DNA of 63,574 nucleotides from Octopus bimaculoides (taxonomy: Eukaryota), in the NCBI RefSeq assembly GCF_001194135.2, contig NC_068983.1:116899541-116963114 (forward strand), in the 5' to 3' direction. The translations under genes were made by a program, and so were the position numbers. Position 1 is the first letter of the stretch, and the number at the start of each line of letters is the position of its first letter. Below, piece after piece: positions 53,601 through 63,574 of the stretch. The notes under the pieces are model-generated. The model was not told the origin of the DNA, did no database searches, and saw nothing but the letters and a program-made list of their open reading frames with translations.

Positions 53601-53781
53601 GTGAACGCTCATAAATATTCTTTTACCTGATTAAGTCATTTGACTGCAGCTATGCTGGTGCAGCACCTTGAAAAAATTTAGTTGAACGAATCGACCCCAG
53701 TAATTATTTCTTTAAATCCTTGGTAAGTTACGGGGCCGTAAACACACCTACACCGGTTTTCAAGCAGTGATAGGGGACAAA

Positions 53782-53819
<38 letters not shown>

Positions 53820-54659
53820 CACACACATGCACACTCGCACTATATATATGTAAACTGTGATATGAGCTTGTGTTTCTACGCTGATGTGTACAGTTATACT
53901 TCTAAATTGAAAAAAATATGTTTTTGAAAATGACCCTTGATTTCTCATCATCTGTTGTGTCATGATCCCATTTAAACATTTATTTCTAAACATTGATTTC
54001 ATATTTTACGTTTTTGTAGTTGTATCCTCATTTGGATAGTCATTTGCCAATAAACACACGCACCATTTGGCTTTAATTTCAGCTTTATTATTATTAATTG
54101 TTTGTCAAAGCTCCTTCGATCCGCATTCACTATTTCTTCTTCTTCTCTTTCTGGCGTTATTCTGTTTACTTCATCTTGCCTTTCTCTCATATGTATCTTT
54201 GTCTGTCCATACCCTGGCGTCTATGCCTCTGTGTGTGTGTCTATGTCTTTGGCACATGTAGATGCGTATCGCGCATATGGGTTGGGTGTTGTATATTGCT
54301 TTGTTTGTATCTGTGTCACCCTTTCTTTCGTGTGCCCTATTCTGAGACTAATCGTCAATTCGTGGGGTGGGTGTGTTACTATTCCATAGGAAAAAGGGTG
54401 ACAGAGCTACAAGTAGTGCAAGTAGTGCAATATAAAACCCCCACCCCTGGACACACACATACATACACAAATTACACATACATCTGTCAAATACGTAGAC
54501 AAGCGTAAACGAAAGCACGTGCGCGGAGAAGGATACCACACAAAGGCAACATGAGGAAAACAGAATAACGCAAGAAAGACGAGTCACAGGACGATACAAA
54601 CAGGAGATTAGAATTCAAGACATGAGCATATATATATATATATATATATCTTTTTGTTG

Positions 54660-54840
54660 ACAAAGAATATCAGTAACTGTATTTAGCTGAATAGACGTCA
54701 GTGATTGGTTGAAATTACCGAAATACGACAATTTTTAACATGAAATAACTTCGAATATAAGAATCTTTCTCTGTTCTATAAGACAAAATATACAAGTATA
54801 CGAAGCTTTAAAGTGTTTCGGTTGAAAACACACTAAATAA
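54660..54840. repeat. Solo TIR fragment related to the 55731-56713 element
   Basis: GATTGGTTGAAATTACCGAAATACGACAA shared with 56526-56555. Confidence 0.8.
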
Positions 54841-55730
54841 AAACTAAATAAATAATGGTGTCCGCGAAATCAGAAGGATCCACAGTTTTTTTCTCTCCCT
54901 CCACTGAGCTACATCAAAATATTAGGTAAATATTTCTCCCCCTGTTTATTAATGAAAATGCGGTATAGAACTTGCATCCGCATAATTCTGGTTTCTTTGA
55001 TATGACATTGGACAATATTTTACATTCAAATTCCATCTGAAACAAGTGAAGCAACACCACTTTATACCTTCAGCCGACACAATAATTTAATATGAATTGT
55101 AAATCAAAAAATGATCTTTTTTTTCTATATAGAATTTTTACAGATTCTTATAGACTTGCAACTTGTTCCTGTTACCAACTCGAATCATTCCAGATCTCTT
55201 AAGTCATTTCTTACTTTTCAGTTATAATTCCATTAAATTCTAGGTCACATTATAGCAGTTTTTGTTAGAGGGTAAAATAGTACCTGAAATAAAAGGAGGA
55301 GTGAAATCATGTTATTTTGTTTTTAAAGTTAAACTTACTTGTTCATCATCATGGCAGCGTAAAGTTTCATGGTGCACTCATGTTATTTCTTGATGATGTG
55401 AACGTGATCAAATCCATTCTACCTCAAACAAGTCGACTCAAATTCGCTGAGCAACTTTCCGGTTGATCTCATTTTATTCATCTGCTGCTGCATTACTGGC
55501 AGTGTTTCTTCTTAGTTTCAGTTTCCATGTTGTAGTTTTTACATAATTTTTCTTTCTTGTTATTTTATAAAATTTATTTAGTCTATAGTTTAAGCATTTT
55601 AGAAAATTTCAATTTTATATCTTTTATACTTTTTTTAGTTTTATATCAATGACATTAATTCTGTGTATGAAAAAAGTATTGTCCGAAAAGATTGTTGACT
55701 TTCATAAAACATGCGGGCACAGGAGTTGTA

Positions 55731-56713
55731 ATAGGGATCTTTTCCTTTTGATCGGCAGGGCGATAAATTAATTTTTTTAACTAAACGCTTTCAAACTTCG
55801 GATACTGGTAGAATGTGTCATATAAAACATCTTTTACTCTAAGCGTTGTTGAGAAAAGTTTCTATTTTCGAAGTTATTTCGTGTTAAAGTTGTATGAGTA
55901 ACTTCAACCAATCGTTGACATCGATTGAGCTGAATAAAGTTACTGCTGTTGTTTGTCAACATCAACTTCCGGCGGTGTATGTTTTGTTTGCCACTATTAT
56001 TCATGACATATTTCATCTCAGTTACGTTCGTATGAATAAACGAGTGCATCTGAAGCACGTTTACTTCACGCCACTACCATAATCGTTCGTGCATTTCTAC
56101 TGCTTTTGGGTATTTTTTGCTGTTTTTCAGTTACTATTTTCGGAAAGACTTCCTCTCGTCCCCGACCCCATTTTCTCGCAAATTATTGCTTTTTGGATAT
56201 GAGATTCCGGAAAATTGCCAAAAATCGGAATTTTGAATTCCCCCTACCTTATCCCTCCTCTTCCAATTTCTTCATTTTTCATTTTTTCCGTAACCCTAAC
56301 CCTGAAACCTCAAACCTAACCCTAATCCTCACCTTAACCCTAGCCCTAACCCTAACCCTAACTCTACAATCCTAACCCTAACTCTAACCTCAAAACCCTG
56401 AAGCTAAAACCAGTACAAATGCATGAACGATGTCATAAATAACAGTGACAAACGAAATATACATCGCCGAGAGTTGTTGTTGACAAACAACAGCAGTAAT
56501 TTTATTCAGCTGAAAACACGTCATTGATTGGTTGAAATTACCGAAATACGACAACTTTTACACGAAATAACTTTGTAAACAGAAACTTTTCTCAACAACG
56601 CTAAGAGCAAAAGAAGTTCTATATGACACATTCTACCACTATCCGAAGTTTGAATGTGTTTAGTTAAGAAAAATTAAATTATCGACTTGCCGATCAAAAG
56701 GAAAAGATCCTAT
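55731..56713. mobile_element. Long-TIR element with a (TAACCC)n-like core
   Basis: 55731-56108 is an imperfect reverse complement of 56406-56713; degenerate CCCTAA repeats at 56291-56400. Confidence 0.8.
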
Positions 56714-57190
56714 AATAGTCTTAATTAATTGAACCTAGAATAGTGCCGGGCAAGCAGCTTTAAAAAATTGTACCTGAAGTTAGAATTATACTAAAAGATT
56801 TCAGTTTCATTCAAGTGTAAAATACACCCATCTTTAGATTCTATTTCCTTCTACGAAGAGAATTCTACATGGAACACTTTTTGTTTAGACGCTATAAAAT
56901 GAAATATTGTTGATGATGAGGGAAAGGGTGCTTGAAGCACTCTTATATGATGGAGATATAGTCTGCCATTCAAAATTTTAAAATGTTCACTTTCTTTTCT
57001 CTTAAGTTTCTTCTGTTAAAGCTAAGCTGACATTTAGGCATACAAAAATGTGAGCTTATCACGTGGGAAGGAGTGAGTAGAATGATGCACGTTAACTTGC
57101 TTTCTGACAGCGAAATTCGCAGTAATATAATGTTAGCTCAGATATAGTGTGAGATAAATGTTGTGACGCTTTCAGTGAGATCGACCTTAC

Positions 57191-57302
57191 CAAGTTCAGT
57201 AGCAAATGAAAAGTTCTCTCCATTACAGACGAAATGTATGGAATCCATGTCCATGAAGTTCTGAAAGTTTAACTCTCTTGAACACATGATGCTCAGAAAC
57301 AT
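57191..57302 (-). CDS. Candidate coding exon (MFLSIMCSRELNFQNFMDMDSIHFVCNGENFSFATEL)
   Basis: Open frame ending at a TTG|GTAAGG donor (phase 1); start ambiguous. Confidence 0.2.
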
Positions 57303-57945
57303 TCACCACCCCAGAGTCATGTCTTCTATAAAACTTGACACACAAAGCTTCTCCTCCTCAAAGTTCACGAAATTTACTTTCATCAAAGGCAGCATAAAAC
57401 TTTGAATATATTCTATTATGTATATATGCATATTAACGGATGCCGTGGAGGATAGAATATATCACTTCTACTTTAACATTACGAATATGCTATTTTAGGG
57501 CACCTTAGTCTTCCCTTCAATTTTATCACACTTTTTTCCATCAGAACCCCACAAAAGAGACATATCTATTCAAATTCAATTCCAACTTCAGCTAAAATAT
57601 TCTAAGCTTCCACTTCTTGTCTTTTACTTCTCCAGTTTCAGATAATTATGGATTTTATGACTCTCGCTTTTTTTATTTTTTTTTTTACAAATTTCAAATA
57701 ATTTGTCATTTATTAACCTGTCTCTGAAATCGGTCAGCACGCAATGCCTCACGTTAGTTATGTTTATATATAACAATTTTACGAAACATTTCGAAACCAA
57801 TTAACAGGTTGGTATATATTAGATATATTACTAAACCGTTTATCGACCTAGTCTGTTATGTATATTAAGCATACATATATATGTGTGTGTGTGTGTGTTC
57901 ATCTGCTCTATATATTATGTAAGTATGTATATCTGCTCTGTGTGC

Positions 57946-57982
<37 letters not shown>

Positions 57983-58153
57983 TAGATTGATATATAGATG
58001 AGGAGAGCTTAGGTAGCGGAGTTAATGAGCGGGTGTGAACAGTCAGGTTGCACTCTATCAATATGGTTGTGCTGTTGCCGCTACTTATGCAACATATAAA
58101 ATTATCCTATTTATCTTGGTCTAAATGATTTTTATCTTGTTATTTTACTGCAG

Positions 58154-58236
58154 ATATCCCCCCCACCAAAAAAAATAAGCACAACTATTCGTCGACAGAA
58201 CGTGAATATTTAGAAATTCAGGAAGATAAAAGCTAA
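58154..58236 (+). CDS. Candidate terminal exon (xIPPTKKNKHNYSSTEREYLEIQEDKS*)
   Basis: Acceptor TCTTGTTATTTTACTGCAG, phase-1 open frame containing a YxxI motif. Confidence 0.25.
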
Positions 58237-58370
58237 TTAGCATTACTCAGGTCAACTTGCGAGCTTCTTTTGTTCGGTTCAGTATACCAGTGTTATAGTC
58301 ATAATAAAATACAACTACAGAAGAGATATTTGCTTGTTAGTTATATAGATGCCTGTCCGACCATACTCAC

Positions 58371-58475
58371 ATAAAGCTGAACGTTGTCTAGAATTTCTTA
58401 ACACTCTGTACTTGAATGTTCTATCAGCGAAACGCTGTTCTAATTTCCGGCTTCTAATTCCTCTAGCTGAATTTA
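58371..58475 (-). CDS. Candidate 105-nt phase 1-1 exon (xNSARGIRSRKLEQRFADRTFKYRVLRNSRQRSAL)
   Basis: Acceptor TATTTCATATTTTTCTAG and donor TAT|GTGAGT; a single open frame. Confidence 0.25.
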
Positions 58476-59828
58476 CTAGAAAAATATGAAATACCTTTCT
58501 GCAGGTAATAACACGCTGCCCCCATCCAAGAATTGATCCCACGCCATACTTATCGCAAGTTTAGTATACCTAACGAATAGACGTTGCTCCTCCATAATAG
58601 AAATCGAACAAAACTAATTAATTTTTTTTTATCAATTTCATTAGGCATTTACTTGAAGAACGTTTTCAGAAAAGTTCTTTATTTATTTCAAATATTGCTT
58701 TCCACAATTCTATATGTAGAACACATTTCGTCAAAGACAGTCTTCAAGTAAAACTTCAACAAAATAGTGCAAAGTAATCATTACCGCGAACAGTTTCGAA
58801 TCAATATTTGCAAAATATTTAATAAATCGATAAAGAGAAAAAATAGTAAGACATAAATATTTATTGCAAAATTGAGATCAAGCTAAATATATTCTATATT
58901 TATCGCATTCTATAATAAATATAGGTTGCTAGTCAAAGAAATTGACCATAGACTGAAGTAGCTATATTTCTCTAGAAATATTCTATGAAACCGATTCAAA
59001 GGTATTTGTGTGACAGCAAAAGTACAAAATAAACAATTAGCAGTTTATCACACTGAAATACATTGATATATTGCTATATTTCTCTAGAGCTTGATTATAA
59101 ATTTCTTTCTTAGAAACAAAGCAACAAAATTCGATACTTGTAAGAAACGTACTAGTGGCATTTGTCGTATAACGAAATAACTTCGGATGAATTTAAAATG
59201 TAATCTTGCTGGCAAACAGATTGCTGGAGAATTACTTAAACAGTGATTCGTTTGCGATCGTCCTACAGCATTCATGATCAGTTAACAGTGTGTTTTAAAG
59301 TCCTCATTTCACTGACGCTGCCAGTAATAAATAGAATAACGATTCTTTCCTACAACTAGAATGAAAGTGACATCAACTTAAATTAATTCTAAAACGTATC
59401 TGAATTCATTTCTGCAGTGATGCATTTTCCATCCTGCTTCGTTAAATAACACAGCACTGTAACATAATACAGCTCCATTTAGTTGGACATAACTGTTGCA
59501 AATACATTTCCATAAGAATAAAAAAATCAATTAATATTTCTTTAAGAAAGTCACTGAAACAAAACCGGTAGTCTGATATAGGACGGGAATAATAAATCCG
59601 TAGAATCATAAGGATTTCTAAATGTAGTTTTTAAACAGCGAGATTTTAAGAAAAAATCCCCACAAAACTATATATCAGAATATTTCAGTGTGATAAACTA
59701 CTAATTGTTTATTTTTTACTTTTGCATTCACATAAATACATTTGAATCAGTTTTATAGAACATTTTCTTAAAAAAGAAGTTGTGTAAAATTTGATAGATT
59801 ACTTTTATTTATATCTATAATAGTCCAG

Positions 59829-60190
59829 TGGAGACGCAATGGCCCAGTGGTTTGGGCAGCGGACTCGCGGTCATAGGATCGCGGTTTCGATTCCCAGACC
59901 TGGCATTGTGAGTGTTTATTGAGCGAAAACACCTAAAGCTCCACGAGGCTCTGGCAGGGGATGGTGGCGAACCCTGCTGTACTCTTTCACTCCAACTTTC
60001 TCTCACTCTTTGTTTGTGTTGTACCTGTATTTCAAAGGGCCAACCTTGTCACACTATGTCACGCTGAATATCTCCGAGAACTACGTTAAGGGTACACGTG
60101 TCTCAGCCACTTGCACGTTAATTTCAAGAGCAGGCTGTTCCGTTGATCGGATCAGCGGGAACTCTCGACGTCGTAAGCGACGGAATGCCA
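59829..60190 (+). mobile_element. SINE family C, full length
   Basis: tRNA-like head through the (CAA)n tail. Confidence 0.85.
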
Positions 60191-61089
60191 ACAACAACAA
60201 TAGTCTAGTTACAGCAATTAAGAATACACAGATGGCATTTTATAGGAACACCACCTCTTGTAAGAAGTTACATTTTGAGTGGAGAATTAGTTAATATAGT
60301 TGTAACAATGTAGACTCCATTACATATATATCCAAAGCATTAGACAGTGGTGCCTAACCGGATAATGGAGTTAACCTACAAAACAAAAACAGTAATTGTC
60401 TACATCAAACTTTAGCGCAATTTTTTTAAAGAAGTTATATAAAATTTGATATATTACTTTTATTTATATCCATAATTGTCCAGTGGAGACACAATGGTCC
60501 AGTGGAGACGCAATGGCAAATTTCTCACATACGTCTTTGGTATATATGAGGAGAAAGACGAAAACATTCCAGCAAGTAGCCATACACTATGACTCAATTC
60601 TGAACAAAATGATTGCTAACAAACGTCTGAAACACACAGATATACTTGCGTATATAGATTATGACTAAATAATTCTAAACAAAAAGTAAACAAGTTTCTT
60701 TAGAGACTGACAATACAAATCCCCTAAACGCAAGTACACTACAAAGATTAATCGCTAAACTATCTATGTATGTAATATATAAAATAACACAACTGTATTT
60801 AAACAAACATTTTTCAATGGAAATATTAAAAAAAATATTTGAAGTTTAAATTCTATATACGTGAATTTTTCTTGATGTTATATGAAAGATTTTGAAAGAA
60901 CAACTTTCGAATTAAATATATATCTAAGCTGCAATGTTTTCTTAATCACAAAAAATGTTGCCTTTGAAAAATAATTATAATGAAACATTTTCTCGTGTCT
61001 TTGTCAATACTGCCGATTATGTGTGTGTGTGTGTGTGTGTTCTTGTGTGGGTGTATGTAGCAGTGTGTATGTATGTACATATGTGTGTG

Positions 61090-61121
<32 letters not shown>

Positions 61122-61127
61122 CTTATG

Positions 61128-61180
<53 letters not shown>

Positions 61181-62982
61181 AAAAAAAGCAACACGGATTT
61201 TAAAGGACATTGCAGTACGCACGTTTCATGCTACTCCAATTATTTAAGTAATGCGGGCATAACATTAAATGAAAAATGCAAATCAATCTTCAGCTGCACA
61301 AGAATATAGAAAATTACAGCAGAATGGACATATTACTATTGTGGCAACATTTAAAATCTAAAGGATAATGGTATTAGTTTTAGCCTTAAATGAGAAATTA
61401 TAAGAAAAGCTCAACGTTATAGAAATAGTAGATATGGATGTGAATTATGTTCTATGGAAATATATTAAATTTTTAAACTTAGAAATAATCCTAACCTAAT
61501 TAATAATAAATTAGACTTTAGAGTATCGTTTGTACACTGCTCTACTCGCACTTTTAAATATTTTAATAAGTAGTTAAAATTATAAAGATGTGGTATTTCA
61601 ACTTCTACCATGTTCATCTTGGGCTACTAATTAGCACATATTTAAATTTGAAATTGAACCTTTATAACATATATTTCTGATCTCTCACCTTAACATACAA
61701 TCTTCTTGTGATAACTAAGATTTCAACTGTATTCTATGGATGGTATTTTTTCACACTACTTATTCTACTGCTGTTAGTTCTTAGTATGTATTTTAATTAT
61801 GTTTATAATTAAGAATAGGAGGCTTTATAAGTTCCTATTGTTTTTAACTAGTTCTCAAATCTTAAAACTTTTAAATTTTATTTTATTCAATGCCTCACTC
61901 TAAAAGGATCCTTATTATTATATTATTTCAGGGCTTGTAGTGGTAGTGTTATGTTTATTCTCTATTTTGACTTAAATAAATCTAACCCTTATTCCATTAA
62001 TATTTTGTAATTAGCCCATGTTAGTCTTAAAACAAGTTCCTGACTATATAAGATAGTATAATTAAACTAATACACAATTATCATGTCCTCTATAGGATGT
62101 CTTGGATTATTATTGAATTCGTTGTTAATTCCTACCGTTCTTTTTATAAGTTCCTTAAACCTTGATAAACCCATTATTATAAACTATATAAAACCTATAT
62201 TAATACTTTACATTATAAAAAATATCCATACATTGCAGAAAAATACGTTACCGGCCAGCCTCTACAATGTATGGATAATTTATACTGATCACGCTATTTA
62301 TAGCATTATCACGCGTTTCAGAAATAAATTTATTTCTATATCTTACAATACATCTCAACGTTTCTAAAAACAAACTTTCTTTGTTTACCTTCATCGTAAA
62401 GTATTATAAAAATAAATTTTATCTCTTATGTGTCTTTCAAATATTATTAGATACATTAGCTTAAATTCTAAAATATTTTTTTTGGAATAATTCAAAATAG
62501 TTTCTTGAGCCCAATATATATATAATATCCTTAAACTTCACACCTTATATATAGCTTTTGAATTCAAAATTGACACTACTTCAGGGTTTTTGTATGAACT
62601 AATTACATTTTTATTATTAACATAATAATTAAGCTAATATTGATATCTATATGTTTTCCTTACATAGTATATGTAAAACAATATTGATGCATTATTCAGA
62701 CTAAAGAAAAAAGCCATGTTGACCTAGATGCTTAATGCTGAATTCCCCAACATTATGATAGTAGTCAAAAAACACCAACCTGAAATAGTGTTGCCACTCT
62801 GATCAGAGAAATCTTTATAACCATATCCATGTATAATGCTTACACCTTCCCTTTCTTTGGGAGTGATTGCTCTTTTATACTTTGAACCACTAGATAAGAG
62901 ACTAATAAAATCAGAGACAGTTAGAATTCTACCAAGAATTAATTACTAGCCTGATAGCCTTGGCTATGTCAAGATGGATTTT

Positions 62983-63017
<35 letters not shown>

Positions 63018-63022
<5 letters not shown>

Positions 63023-63420
63023 AAGATAAGCAACAAAACTTCAATAGGTTATAGCAGTACGTACGTTTCGTACAAGCTCCATTTATTCATGTGGTGAGAA
63101 CATCACAGAATGTACTATGAAAATGCACTCCTCAGCTGCATAATGAAATTTCATTTTTGAAAGAGATTTTGAAGATGTTTGCAAAAAACAGATTAATCTG
63201 TTGAACAGCAGCATAGTCAAGATGGTATGTTTTCTTCTCATACTCTTGTTTTTTTGCAAACATCTTCAAAATCTCTTTCGAAAATGAAATTTCATTATGC
63301 AGCTGAGGAGTACATTTTCATAGTACATTCTGTGATGTTCTCACCACATGAATAAATGGAGCTTGTACGAAACGTACGTACTGCTATAACCTATAGAATT
63401 TTTGTTGCTTACCTTCAAAT
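63018..63420. mobile_element. Young hairpin MITE, ~172-bp TIRs and ~56-bp spacer
   Basis: 63018-63190 is a near-perfect reverse complement of 63247-63420; a decayed relative lies at ~61190-61310. Confidence 0.9.
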
Positions 63421-63539
63421 TTTATTCACCAAATCTCTTGATTTTGTTTTTGGTTTTTTACCCTACCAAATTCTGGTGCCTCAAACATTTTAAGTACCAC
63501 ATTTAATCTTTTGTTTAAATCTATATTATTATATATATG

Positions 63540-63571
<32 letters not shown>

Positions 63572-63574
63572 TGT

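Noticed and set aside
56291-56400. True telomere or chromosome-fusion scar
   Set aside because: Short, degenerate, single-orientation, and enclosed by transposon TIRs
468-61309. YIYI/VCVC/HTHT/ERER, poly-C/N/I/Y ORFs
   Set aside because: Translations of stop-free microsatellites

Overview
AT-rich, microsatellite-dense eukaryotic DNA with seven N-gaps. The SINE families, MITEs and (TA)n/(CA)n load look like a coleoid cephalopod, most likely Octopus; this is inferred from repeat content, not a database match. The window has no CRISPR, rRNA or true tRNA genes and no confidently identifiable intact gene, and most listed ORFs are microsatellite, N-gap or transposon-antisense artefacts. It contains many tRNA-derived SINEs (at least 3 families), at least six long-inverted-repeat/foldback elements, and decayed Penelope, RTE, CR1, R4/Dong-like, mariner and Helentron-like elements. 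The most structured locus is a head-to-tail array of three Tx1/L1-clade retroelements (17.4-21.9 kb). Its units are joined by an identical 17-bp motif, and it includes a gag(ORF1)-only unit, a translocated and inverted RT block, and a near-identical inverted ORF1 patch. A 208-bp near-perfect duplication (13.6/14.9 kb) carries a splice-site-bounded 45-nt candidate exon. Several other short candidate exons occur on both strands; all are low confidence because open GT-AG segments arise by chance in 63 kb. Coordinates were counted by hand, and element boundaries are approximate.
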